Shown in pieces: positions 1 through 9,048 of a stretch of DNA of 64,000 nucleotides. The DNA lies in the NCBI GenBank assembly GCA_039586365.1, contig JBDHKN010000032.1:9773-73772 (forward strand). Direction: 5' to 3'. The stretch's first letter is position 1. Each line of letters starts with the position of its first letter. The notes under the pieces were generated by a model, which ran no database searches, was not told where the DNA came from, and saw only the letters and a list, made by a program, of their open reading frames with translations. This stretch comes from Gemmatimonadota bacterium. Its GTDB lineage: Bacteria; Gemmatimonadota; Gemmatimonadetes; Gemmatimonadales; GWC2-71-9. The translations under genes were made by a program, and so were the position numbers.

Positions 1-128
1 TGGGTCTCTCCATCTGCTACGGCATTGTCTATCAACATCGCGGGCGACTCCAGGTCGACTCGGCGCTAGGGCGCGGATCCAAGTTTCGGGTATACCTTCC
101 GCTATTCGGGGCCAGCGACGTACCGTGA
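1..128 (+). CDS. Sensor histidine kinase, C-terminal fragment (5' truncated by window edge; not in ORF track)
   Basis: Frame from nt 3 reads GLSICYGIVYQHRGRLQVDSALGRGSKFRVYLP...*, the HATPase_c G2 box and tail. Its TGA overlaps the next GTG start (GTGA). Confidence 0.85.
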   Translation, partial: GLSICYGIVYQHRGRLQVDSALGRGSKFRVYLPLFGASDVP

Positions 129-793
129 GAGTACTCGTGATTGAGGACGATCGGACTGTGGGGCAGTTCGTGAAGCGAGGACTCGAGGAGCAGCGGTTCC
201 AAGTTGACTTGGTAGAAGACGGCATGGATGCTCTGAAGCGGGCCTCAAGCTCAACCTACGACGTTCTCGTACTGGATCTACGGCTTCCCGGTCTCTCGGG
301 CATTGAGATGCTTCGCACCCTGCGGGACCGGGGTGTCAACACGCCGGTTCTGGTGCTGACGGCACAGGACGCGGTGGATTCCAAGGTCCAAGCCCTGCGA
401 ACTGGAGCGGATGACTATGTCACAAAACCGTTCGCGTTCGAAGAGCTTCTGGCCCGGGTCGAGGCGCTGGGACGGCGACCCAAGGACATCGCCCCTCCCG
501 TGCTCACAGTGGCTGACCTCAAAGTCGATACGGGTAAGCATGAGGTGTCGCGTGGCGCGAATGTGCTCGAGCTCACGCCGAAAGAGTACTCGGTTCTTGA
601 GTACCTAACCCGAAACACGGGCCGTGTCATGACTCGGACACTGATAACTGAGTACGCGTGGGGGTACAACTTCGATCCGGGAACCAACGTCGTGGACGTC
701 GTGATCAACCGGCTACGCAAGAAGGTAGATCAGGGCTTCAAAACCAAATTGATCCACACGGTCCGGGGCGTGGGGTACATACTGAAGGCCTAG
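125..793 (+). CDS. OmpR/PhoB-family response regulator (CusR/CzcR-like)
   Basis: Receiver motifs VIEDD, LDLRLP, GADDYVTKPF and winged-helix tail LTPKEY...VDVVINRLRKK...IHTVRGVGY. Confidence 0.95.
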   Translation: MRVLVIEDDRTVGQFVKRGLEEQRFQVDLVEDGMDALKRASSSTYDVLVLDLRLPGLSGIEMLRTLRDRGVNTPVLVLTAQDAVDSKVQALRTGADDYVTKPFAFEELLARVEALGRRPKDIAPPVLTVADLKVDTGKHEVSRGANVLELTPKEYSVLEYLTRNTGRVMTRTLITEYAWGYNFDPGTNVVDVVINRLRKKVDQGFKTKLIHTVRGVGYILKA

Positions 794-2350
794 ATGAAGA
801 CCATCCGCGGGCGTCTTGCGGTCAGCTATGCGGTCGCAATGGCAGCCACGCTCGGCGCGTTTGCAGCTGCCATCTACCTCGTCGAAAGCCCTTCCACGCA
901 CGAGCAGCTTGACGACGCTATGCAGGCGCGTGCCGAACTCATTGCCTCAATTGTTATCCAAGCCTACGTGTCGCGGGAATCAATCGTCGAAGTCGATTCA
1001 GTCACTGGTCAGCGACAACTGGCCACCGATGTGCAATCGCTGCTTGAGGGCGTTCCCGATTACGTGCTCGTCCTAGGCCCAGAAGGGGATCCTCTCTTCG
1101 TAACAGGCATCGCACAGGAAGTAGAACCCGTATCGGGTGACACAGCAGAAACTGTGGCGAGTGACGCGCTGGAACCAGTGGCCGACGACACTACGGAACC
1201 CGCGCCCAGCGACACTGTTCGCATCGTCGGGGCGGGCGCACAGATGGTCGAACGGTTCCTCGCGAGTGTGCGTGAGCAAGCGCCTGAGGCCGGAGTCGGC
1301 ACAGTACTCCTCGGATCGCCGTTCGGCGAAGTCAGGTACTTCATCAGACGAATTGATACTGCCGGCAGTGAAGTAGCTGCGGTTGTGTCAGGTATCTCGA
1401 CACGCGGCCTGGTTCTGCAGCCACGGCGCCTGGTGATGGCAATGTTGTTGGTCGCGCCCTTGGTCATTGCTGCATCGACGGCCATTGCCTACGTGCTAGC
1501 CGGTAGAACATTGCAGCCCGTCGACAACATCGTAGATGAGGTGGAGGCGATCACTGACGGTCGTAGCCTGCACCGACGTTTGGCTACGCCAACGACACGG
1601 TACGAGCTTTCGCGCCTCATCACAACCGTGAATGCTATGTTGGCACGCCTGGAGAGGAGCTTCGCGGCGCTGCACCGATTCACGGCGGATGCGAGTCACG
1701 AACTGAAGACTCCGCTCACCGTGCTCCGTTCCGGCATAGAAAGAGCCATCACCCATCCGAAGGCAGCCCCGGAAGTGTTGGAGGTGCTGGAAGAGACTTT
1801 GGTTGAACAGAAGCGGATGACAGAATTGGTGGATTCGCTCCTGACTCTGGCTCGAGCCGACGAGGGGCGAGCGCCACTGCACCGAGAGAGGATCGATGTG
1901 CGTGAAGTACTGAACGAGATCTCCGAGACCGCGAACATCCTGGGGGAACAGGCAGCGATAAACGTGTCTGTGAACATCCCGGACCGGCCTCAACTGCTTT
2001 ACCTCGATAGGGAACGGATCCGGCAACTGCTGATGAACCTACTAACCAATGCGATCAAGTATACGCCTGCCGGCGGTGAAGTAACCGTAGAATCGGCGCG
2101 ACATGCTGGGAAAGTCGTAATCAAGGTCAGCGATACGGGCGTTGGTATCGCACCGGGTGAGCTAACCCAGGTGTTCGATCGGTTCTGGCGGGCAGATCCC
2201 GCTCGGAGCCGCAGTGGACATCGGTCCGGAGCGGGATTGGGTCTTGCCATCAGCAAGTGGATAGCCGAGGCCCACGGTGGATCGATCCAGGCAAACAGTA
2301 GACCAGGTCGCGGGACTACCATGACCGTCACACTACCCGTCGAAGCATAA
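794..2350 (+). CDS. Membrane sensor histidine kinase (HAMP-HisKA-HATPase)
   Basis: Two TM segments, H-box DASHELKTPL, N-box NLLTNAIKY, DTGVGI, GAGLGLAI; abuts the regulator. Confidence 0.95.
   Translation: MKTIRGRLAVSYAVAMAATLGAFAAAIYLVESPSTHEQLDDAMQARAELIASIVIQAYVSRESIVEVDSVTGQRQLATDVQSLLEGVPDYVLVLGPEGDPLFVTGIAQEVEPVSGDTAETVASDALEPVADDTTEPAPSDTVRIVGAGAQMVERFLASVREQAPEAGVGTVLLGSPFGEVRYFIRRIDTAGSEVAAVVSGISTRGLVLQPRRLVMAMLLVAPLVIAASTAIAYVLAGRTLQPVDNIVDEVEAITDGRSLHRRLATPTTRYELSRLITTVNAMLARLERSFAALHRFTADASHELKTPLTVLRSGIERAITHPKAAPEVLEVLEETLVEQKRMTELVDSLLTLARADEGRAPLHRERIDVREVLNEISETANILGEQAAINVSVNIPDRPQLLYLDRERIRQLLMNLLTNAIKYTPAGGEVTVESARHAGKVVIKVSDTGVGIAPGELTQVFDRFWRADPARSRSGHRSGAGLGLAISKWIAEAHGGSIQANSRPGRGTTMTVTLPVEA
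1124..1219 (+). repeat. Degenerate 24-bp (8-aa) tandem repeat x4 in the sensor domain
   Basis: EPVSGDTA / ETVASDAL / EPVADDTT / EPAPSDTV. Confidence 0.75.
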
Positions 2351-2586
2351 TACACACTTGAGCTTGCGCGGTCTGAGTACGTCACATAGCGAAGCGAACT
2401 CGTTGAATGCGTGATATCCGCGATATCAAAGTGCTCCCAAAGTATCCCAGAATTCCCGAAGCCTTGCAGATCGTCGGTTCCGAAATCCACCCCAAATGGG
2501 GTCTAGCGCTTGCATCCTTACCGCGATAAGTTTGCGCCCGCATTTTTCCGGAGGGGTACCTTCACCTCACCGAGGCACGTGACGTA

Positions 2587-2615
2587 CGTCACAGCTTTGT
2601 CATCGTTTTGTAATG
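2587..2615 (+). promoter_or_regulatory. Putative OmpR/PhoB-type direct-repeat binding site
   Basis: GTCAC (2588), GTCAT (2599), GTAAT (2610) at exact 11-bp spacing with T-rich spacers, upstream of tonB. Confidence 0.55.
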
Positions 2616-2694
2616 CTTCGACAACGCATTTGCCAGTCATGCTAGGAGTTTGCTGGGTACTATAAGTCAGACGCATTCACTTTCGGAGGCAGTC

Positions 2695-3393
2695 GTGTTT
2701 GACAACCTCATGGAATCGAATCCAGACAAGACGGGAGTGGCCGGCCAGCGCCTTTCGGGCTCGTTCGTGTCGGCGGTAGTCCACTTCGGGCTCATTTACG
2801 GTGCGGTCATGGCGACGATGGGGACGGGAGAGGTCGCAGAGGAGATCGTCGCGGACACGACCATGGTGTTCATCCAGGAGCAACCGGAGCAGGACGAGCC
2901 ACCTCCACCGGAGGTTCTGGATCTACCTCCGCCAAAGGGGTTCCGGACTCTCGCAGCTCCCGTCAACATCCCGACCGGTATTCCGCCCATTGACCTCAGT
3001 CAGCAGTTCGACCCCCGTGACTTTTCCGGCATCGGGGTCGAGGAGGGAATCTTCGAAGGAGTCGAGGACGAAGGGCCGGTCGACTTGGCGCAGGTCTTCA
3101 ACGAGGCAGTCGTAGACGAGCCACCTGAGCGGATATCGAGTCCGCCACTGGAGTACCCCCGCATGATGCAGCAGGCAGGGGTCGAAGGGTTGGTGGTCCT
3201 GCAGGGAGTGGTTGATACGTCGGGCCGCGTGGAGCCCAACTCGATCGAGGTGGTGAGTTCCACCAACAGAGCGTTCGAAGGACCTGCCAGGCAGTTGTTG
3301 CGCAGGAGTCTGTTCCGACCTGGTCGAGTACGCGGTCAGGCTGTCCGAGTGCTGATCCAGCTCCCGATTCAGTTCAACCTGATCGGTGGCTAG
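2695..3393 (+). CDS. tonB: Energy transducer TonB
   Basis: N-terminal TM with SAVVH, Pro-rich linker, TonB_C (YPRMMQQAGVEGLVVL...FRPGRVRGQAV). Start moved to GTG 2695 after GGAGG. Confidence 0.88.
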   Translation: MFDNLMESNPDKTGVAGQRLSGSFVSAVVHFGLIYGAVMATMGTGEVAEEIVADTTMVFIQEQPEQDEPPPPEVLDLPPPKGFRTLAAPVNIPTGIPPIDLSQQFDPRDFSGIGVEEGIFEGVEDEGPVDLAQVFNEAVVDEPPERISSPPLEYPRMMQQAGVEGLVVLQGVVDTSGRVEPNSIEVVSSTNRAFEGPARQLLRRSLFRPGRVRGQAVRVLIQLPIQFNLIGG

Positions 3394-3452
3394 CCCAGCG
3401 TTCAAATAGAGTTAGCACACGTTCCCAACAATTGATGGAGGCCTACTAGGCG

Positions 3453-4193
3453 ATGGAACTATCACTACTTCAACTTTGGAACGACGCCGGTACGTTCGCG
3501 CGGTTCATCATCATTTTGCTGATGGTCATGTCAGTGTTTTCGTTGGCGGTGGCTGCGGGAAAATGGTGGAGGTTCAGAAAGAGCCGTAAGGCTACGCGGC
3601 GGTTCGCGCCTGAGTTTGCGCGGTTTCTCCAGGAAGAGCAGCTGGATGAAGCCATCGAACTGGCTGAGAAAGAGAATATCTCCCACGTCGCGCGCGTGTT
3701 GGGCCAAGCTCTGGCCGAGGTCAAGCCCTTGTTGCGTGACCGAGCGACCATTACGAGTGGGGACATCAACTCGGCTGAGCGCGCGGTAGAGCGACAGAGC
3801 CTGATTTTGCTCTCCGAGCTCAAGAAGGGAATGGGAATCCTGGCAACGGTTGGTGCTACAGCTCCGTTCGTCGGTCTTCTTGGTACGACCATGGGTGTGG
3901 TCAATTCCTTCACTGGAATGGCTTTGACAGGATCCGGCGGCTTGGCAGCGATCTCTGCGGGTATTGCTGAGGCGCTGATCACCACTGCGTTTGGACTCGC
4001 CGTGGCCATACCGGCTGTGTGGCTATTCAACTACTTCACGACGCGGATCGAGAACATCACGGTCGAGATGACCTACACCTCGAAGGAACTCATCGACTTC
4101 TTGATCAAGAGCGTCGGGAGCGAGTTCGGTCGCTCCATCTTCACCAAGGAGTTCAAGGCTCAACAGGCTGCCACGACCGAGCCGCAGACCTAG
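3453..4193 (+). CDS. exbB: MotA/TolQ/ExbB proton channel
   Basis: LATVGATAPFVGLLGT and GIAEALITTAFGLAVAIPA. Confidence 0.93.
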   Translation: MELSLLQLWNDAGTFARFIIILLMVMSVFSLAVAAGKWWRFRKSRKATRRFAPEFARFLQEEQLDEAIELAEKENISHVARVLGQALAEVKPLLRDRATITSGDINSAERAVERQSLILLSELKKGMGILATVGATAPFVGLLGTTMGVVNSFTGMALTGSGGLAAISAGIAEALITTAFGLAVAIPAVWLFNYFTTRIENITVEMTYTSKELIDFLIKSVGSEFGRSIFTKEFKAQQAATTEPQT

Positions 4194-4229
4194 GGGTCGC
4201 GTGGCCAGGCGATAAGGAGAACTGGACTC

Positions 4230-4730
4230 ATGGCCGACGATGTAAAGTTCAAAACGAGCGTCAAGAACGAGCCCAACGTCGTTCCGATGATCGACATCAT
4301 GTTGGTGCTGCTCATCATCTTCATGATCGTGACTCCGATCATATCGTCAGGCATGCAGGCTACGATGCCTTGGGCGAAAGAGATCGAGTCGCGTCCCGAA
4401 GAAGAAGGTGATGTCATACTCGGGATTGACATGAGGGGCCAGTACTATCTGGATCCGGGATCCAAGCAGATCGGAGTTGTGTGTCGGGAAGGCGATGCTT
4501 CCTGTAATCAGGAAGCGCGACTCGAGGAACTACTCCGCAGCATCTACGATGTCCGAACCAAGGACAAGATCATCTACCTGCGTGCCCACTCCGATCTAGA
4601 GTACGGCCGCATCCAGGACGCCGTGGAAGTGTGTCGCAGTTCAGGCGTTCGTGTGATGGCCGTGATCGCCGAGGAACGCAGGGTGCTTCCCGGGCAGGCC
4701 CGCGCTTCTGCTAGAGAAGGAGGGGACTAG
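4230..4730 (+). CDS. exbD: ExbD/TolR family protein
   Basis: PNVVPMIDIMLVLLIIFMI. Confidence 0.92.
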   Translation: MADDVKFKTSVKNEPNVVPMIDIMLVLLIIFMIVTPIISSGMQATMPWAKEIESRPEEEGDVILGIDMRGQYYLDPGSKQIGVVCREGDASCNQEARLEELLRSIYDVRTKDKIIYLRAHSDLEYGRIQDAVEVCRSSGVRVMAVIAEERRVLPGQARASAREGGD

Positions 4731-4733
4731 ACT

Positions 4734-5165
4734 ATGGGAATGCAGGTCGGAGGAGATGAGGGCGGACATAAGAACGAGCCCAACGTCGTCCCAATGATCG
4801 ACATTATGCTGGTACTGCTCATCATATTCATGATGCAGGTGCCCCTCCAGCGGAAGGCGATGGACACTCAGGTACCGCCGGTTGAAACGAGGGAACAGCA
4901 GGACGAAGGTGGCGAGAGCGATCAGATCGTGCTCGAGATGACGGCTGCTGGTGGTCTCGCCATCAACAACGAGCCCGTTTCGCAGGCCGGTCTCGACTCT
5001 AAGCTCCACGAGATCTTCGACAACCGTCCAGCGAAACTGATGTTCGTCAAACCGGCACGGAATCGCAAATACCAAGAACTGATTGAGATAATGGACATTG
5101 CCCGAGGTGCGGGAGTCCAGGTGATCGGGCTCACTCCGAAGGAGGCCGATCAGGTCGAGCAGTAA
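4734..5165 (+). CDS. exbD: ExbD/TolR family protein, second copy
   Basis: PNVVPMIDIMLVLLIIFMM and MDIARGAGV. Confidence 0.92.
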   Translation: MGMQVGGDEGGHKNEPNVVPMIDIMLVLLIIFMMQVPLQRKAMDTQVPPVETREQQDEGGESDQIVLEMTAAGGLAINNEPVSQAGLDSKLHEIFDNRPAKLMFVKPARNRKYQELIEIMDIARGAGVQVIGLTPKEADQVEQ

Positions 5166-5264
5166 GCCTCGGCTGCCCAGGGCCGGTGGAATACAGTAGT
5201 CTACAACGGGTGTGAGAGCCGAAACTGGATGGTTCTTGCACCCGTTGGTGTATAATAGAGTCAC

Positions 5265-6020
5265 ATGCCTCCTCCTCGCGTACCGGATCTGAGCCTGCCC
5301 AAGACGAGCAAGCCGTTCTTGGGGGGTACAGCTACGTCCATCACGGTACACGCTGCGCTGTTGATCGCGATCATATGGTCTGGTGGCCGGGCGTCTGACG
5401 AGCTATTCCGTGCTGGTGGTGGGGCCGGGCCATTGGGCGGCGGGGGCGGCGGCGGTTCCCAGTTCACCTACGTGGAGCTGCCAGCTTTTATAACCTCGCC
5501 CCGGGCCGAGCCTGAACCGCCGCGCCGGGCCAGAGACGTGCCCATTCCCAAGCCCCAACTCAGAGAGATTCCCAAAGAGACTCGGCCCCTCAATCTGCGT
5601 CCACCGACTGGGCCCATTGTAGCTACGATAAACCCTGGTCGGGGTGCCGGATCGGGCGATGGCTCGGGCATCGGGTCCGGATCCGGCAGCGGGGCGGGAA
5701 CCGGGCGAGGCACCGGCGTTGGTAGTGGTCAGGGACCTGGCACGGGTGGCTCGGGAGGCGCAGGGTTCGGACCGAGACTGCAACAGGCCCTGATTCCGCC
5801 GAGCGATTGGCCTGACGAGGTCAGAGGACAGGAATACAAGGTCCGGTTCTGGGTCGATGAGCAGGGCAGGGTGACCAGGGTGGAGGTGGAGCCTCGGATT
5901 CCGGATTCGGCCTACCGCAAGAAGTTCCTCGACAAGATGCGTGAATACGTCTTCTCACCGGCTCGCAGGAGTGACGGCACTGCGATCGCGGCGTCTGTAG
6001 AGATACAGATCTTGTTCTAG
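5265..6020 (+). CDS. TonB/TolA-like protein with Gly-rich linker
   Basis: TM with SITVH, Pro- and Gly-rich spacer, C-terminal VRFWVDEQGRV...FSPARRSDG resembling TonB_C. Confidence 0.7.
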   Translation: MPPPRVPDLSLPKTSKPFLGGTATSITVHAALLIAIIWSGGRASDELFRAGGGAGPLGGGGGGGSQFTYVELPAFITSPRAEPEPPRRARDVPIPKPQLREIPKETRPLNLRPPTGPIVATINPGRGAGSGDGSGIGSGSGSGAGTGRGTGVGSGQGPGTGGSGGAGFGPRLQQALIPPSDWPDEVRGQEYKVRFWVDEQGRVTRVEVEPRIPDSAYRKKFLDKMREYVFSPARRSDGTAIAASVEIQILF

Positions 6021-6931
6021 TGGTGACCCAGCTCCGCTGCCAGCGCGACAGCTCCACGAGCTGGATCAACCTCCCCCTCAGCACAACGCACCGCAGTAAT
6101 CCGCTCCCGGACGACGGCCAGCAGTTCGTGCCGGACCGGAGAGTCGCAACTCAGCAGTCTGCCGGAGAAGGCCAAGCCGGCAGGCCGGTGCTGCTCAGGA
6201 AATCGGTCCACCAAAGCTTCAATGTGTCGGGCCAGCTCGGCGGCCGCGGCCTGCACGAGCGCGTTGGCCACCGCGTCGCCCGCTCGTGCGGCTTCGCACA
6301 CAGTGTGTGCAATACCGGTGACAGCGGCGCGGTCGGGCGAGCGACCCGACTGGTTCAGTGCGGCGGCAGAATCCGACCCGGCGGTCAGATCGACTGAGTC
6401 GGTCAGTACCGTGCTCGGTCCGCATCCGTTTGCCGCCTGGGTGACGGCATCCAGTGCAGCCCTTCCGAGCGCGTAGCCGCTTCCCTGATCTCCGTACTGC
6501 CAGCCCAATCCTCCGACCCGCCAGATGCGACCTGCCGGATCGCGGGCATATGCGATCGAGCCGGAGCCGGCACAGATGACGATCCCAGGGCCGTGTCCGA
6601 AGCCGTCGTGAAGCGCGATCATACCGTCCGTGGTGATCTCGAGTGCCAACTCGCGTCCGAGTTCGGCCGCCAGCAGAGCGGAGAACTCGGTCCGGATATC
6701 CTGCCTTCCGGCGCCTGCAGCACCCACGACCACCGCATCGGGGAGGGTGGCCCCATGCCGTTGCAGCAACTGGTAGACAAGGTCGCCGACCAGCTTAGCC
6801 GAGGATCGAAGACTATCGGCTGCCAGGGCGGCTCCTGGTCCGGTCACACGCACGCAGGGCTGGAGCGATTCATCAGCGAGGGCGGCCTCCGTGTGCGACG
6901 CGCCGACATCGATTCCGATCAGGATGCTCAT
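6017..6931 (-). CDS. BadF/BadG/BcrA/BcrD-type N-acetylglucosamine/N-acetylmuramic acid kinase
   Basis: IGIDVGASHT, AGSGSIAY, GGLGWQYGDQGSGYALG. Start at ATG 6931 overlaps the upstream stop (ATGA). Confidence 0.85.
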   Translation of the reverse strand: MSILIGIDVGASHTEAALADESLQPCVRVTGPGAALAADSLRSSAKLVGDLVYQLLQRHGATLPDAVVVGAAGAGRQDIRTEFSALLAAELGRELALEITTDGMIALHDGFGHGPGIVICAGSGSIAYARDPAGRIWRVGGLGWQYGDQGSGYALGRAALDAVTQAANGCGPSTVLTDSVDLTAGSDSAAALNQSGRSPDRAAVTGIAHTVCEAARAGDAVANALVQAAAAELARHIEALVDRFPEQHRPAGLAFSGRLLSCDSPVRHELLAVVRERITAVRCAEGEVDPARGAVALAAELGHH

Positions 6932-8382
6932 GGTGGCCGAGGATCTTGGCGGAGCCGGCTGGAAAGAAGCCCAGTGCCGACTGCGATGGCCGTGCCGAGC
7001 GGTACGTACCAGGGCCAAGCCAGGTCTCCGAACGGACCCGGTTTGACCAGGACGACCACAAGCATGGTCACGGTAGCCACGACAACCGCAGCAATTGCGT
7101 CTGACTGCCGTACACGGTGGGACAGGCCGGCAAGGATGTATGTCCCGAGCAGGCCGCCATAGGTGATCGAGGCCACTGAGAGGGCCAGCTCCACAACTGG
7201 TTGTTCGGTAGACCTGAACGATAGTGCACCGCAGGTCAAAACCACTGCCCATCCCAAAGTGGCCCAGCGACCTACGGCAAGCAGATGGCGAGAATCTCGC
7301 CGACCGGTGAGTGGAGCATAGAAGTCGTGGGTCGCGGCAGAGGCGAGAGAATTGAGGGATGAGCTGACGGTGCTCATTGCCGCGGCGAAGATGCCGGCAA
7401 TGACCAGGCCGGAGAGGCCCGCCGGGAGTCGGTCCACTACGAAAGTCGGGAACAGTTCGTCCCCAGCGAGTGACGGATTGTCTGCACCGGCTGCCCAGAT
7501 GAACGTGCCGACCAGTAGGAACACCGCAAATTGGACTATGACCAGTATCCCGGACCCAACCAGAGCGCGCCGCGCATGACTCAGCGTCTTGGTTGCGAGT
7601 AGACGCTGAACGATGAGGTGATCTGTTCCGTGGGATGCTGCAGACAACAGAGCCCCGCCGAGCAGACCTCCTGCCAATGTGTACGTGCGCGAAAAAGAGA
7701 TCCGCCAGTCTATGGTTGTCAGCTTCCCGGCATTCGATGCTTGAGCAATAGCGTCACCGAGGCCGCCGGCCAGACCCACAGCCACAATGATCGCCGCCAA
7801 TCCCGCAACCACATATAGTCCCATCTGCATCACATCGACCCAAATCACCGCCTTGATCCCCCCCGCCCACGTGTATGCCACGGTGGCTACGGCGACAATG
7901 ATCACGCACCAGGGAATCGATAGCCCGGTGACGATGTGCAAGGGGATTGCCGTCGCGAAGACGCGTACGCTGTCTCCCAAGGCCCGTATGGACATGAACA
8001 CGCCCGAGGCGACCTTACGGGTGGGCTTCCCGAACCTCGTTTCAAGGCGAGCATAAGCCGTCTCCTGGTCGCCACTGAAGTAGCCCGGCAGCAACCATAG
8101 AGCGACGGCGATGCGGCCTATCAAGTAGCCGAAGGGGAGTTGGAGGAAACTCAGGTCGCCCCGTGCAGCGACCCCAGGTATCGAGATCACCGTGAGTGCG
8201 GAGGTCTCGGTGGCGACGATCGAGAGCATCACGGCCCACCACGGAATCCCGTGGCGACCCAGGAAATAGTCAGCCGCGTCAAGCTGCTTGCGAGTGAAAT
8301 AGAGCCCGATGGCGAAGACCACTGCGAAATAGGCCGCCATGACCCCCATGTCTACGCCGTTCACACTAGGCTCCCCGAGCAC
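6928..8382 (-). CDS. Sodium:solute symporter (SSS), probably amino-sugar uptake
   Basis: Polytopic; SIVATETSALT, GGIKAVIWVD, AAAMSTVSSSLNS. True start may be GTG 8364. Confidence 0.9.
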   Translation of the reverse strand: MLGEPSVNGVDMGVMAAYFAVVFAIGLYFTRKQLDAADYFLGRHGIPWWAVMLSIVATETSALTVISIPGVAARGDLSFLQLPFGYLIGRIAVALWLLPGYFSGDQETAYARLETRFGKPTRKVASGVFMSIRALGDSVRVFATAIPLHIVTGLSIPWCVIIVAVATVAYTWAGGIKAVIWVDVMQMGLYVVAGLAAIIVAVGLAGGLGDAIAQASNAGKLTTIDWRISFSRTYTLAGGLLGGALLSAASHGTDHLIVQRLLATKTLSHARRALVGSGILVIVQFAVFLLVGTFIWAAGADNPSLAGDELFPTFVVDRLPAGLSGLVIAGIFAAAMSTVSSSLNSLASAATHDFYAPLTGRRDSRHLLAVGRWATLGWAVVLTCGALSFRSTEQPVVELALSVASITYGGLLGTYILAGLSHRVRQSDAIAAVVVATVTMLVVVLVKPGPFGDLAWPWYVPLGTAIAVGTGLLSSRLRQDPRPP

Positions 8383-8446
8383 AACGAGAAACGGCCTGCG
8401 AGAGTCGCAGGCCGTCCGTCAGTCAGAGATGGCAGCAAGAAAAGCG

Positions 8447-8809
8447 TCAGGCGGAAAACGACTCGCCGCACCCGCACCCGCCTGTCGCGTTCGGGTTGGT
8501 GAACGTGAAACCGGAAGCCTGCATGGTAGAGACGTAATCGATCTCGGTTCCCTGCAGATATTGACCGCTGAATGCGTCTACGAATACCCGCAAGCCGTCT
8601 TGCTCCACGACAATGTCGTCGTCCAAAGCCCGCTCTTCGATGTTGAGCCCGTATTTGAATCCCGAGCAGCCACCAGGCATTACCGTTACCCTCAACCCGG
8701 CGGTCTCAGGCGGAACGTCCTCTTGCTCGATAAAGCTGCGCACTTGCTCGAGGGCCTTTTCCGTCAAAGTAATCCTGACTGTCGTCTCAGGCCGCTGTGT
8801 TGTACTCAT
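8447..8809 (-). CDS. A-type Fe-S carrier (HesB/IscA/ErpA family)
   Basis: GGCSGFKY and NPNATGGCGCGESF; ATG 8809 preceded by GGAGG. Confidence 0.95.
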   Translation of the reverse strand: MSTTQRPETTVRITLTEKALEQVRSFIEQEDVPPETAGLRVTVMPGGCSGFKYGLNIEERALDDDIVVEQDGLRVFVDAFSGQYLQGTEIDYVSTMQASGFTFTNPNATGGCGCGESFSA

Positions 8810-8920
8810 CCAGAAAACCTCCATTTTTGCTGCCGCAACATAGACGGGGGCGGAATTCGTGTCAACGCGCGACGAAGTAAGCTATTTCCAAACAACGATT
8901 TGGCCTGGATTGTTCCGGCA

Positions 8921-9038
8921 AGGGCGGTAACAGGCGGTCCAAGGCGGAAGAGGGTGGTAAGAAGGCTGTAGATGGCGCTAACGGGCTGTGACGGGGCCGA
9001 CCTTACCGCCCGTGTGGTGTGGTGCTGGGTTACCGCCC
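8921..9038. repeat. Intergenic GGCGGTAA-type ~10-nt periodic repeats with inverted copies
   Basis: agggcggtaa caggcggtcc aaggcggaag agggtggtaa, then ttaccgccc at ~9003 and ~9030. Confidence 0.65.
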
Positions 9039-9048
9039 TGGGGTGGAG

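Noticed and set aside
4263..4835. Near-identical ~65-bp stretch in the two exbD genes
   Set aside because: It encodes the conserved ExbD TM motif and differs at synonymous sites; ordinary paralogy.
5640..5770. GGATCGGGC/GGC-rich repeat
   Set aside because: Explained by the Gly-Ser linker of the TonB-like protein.
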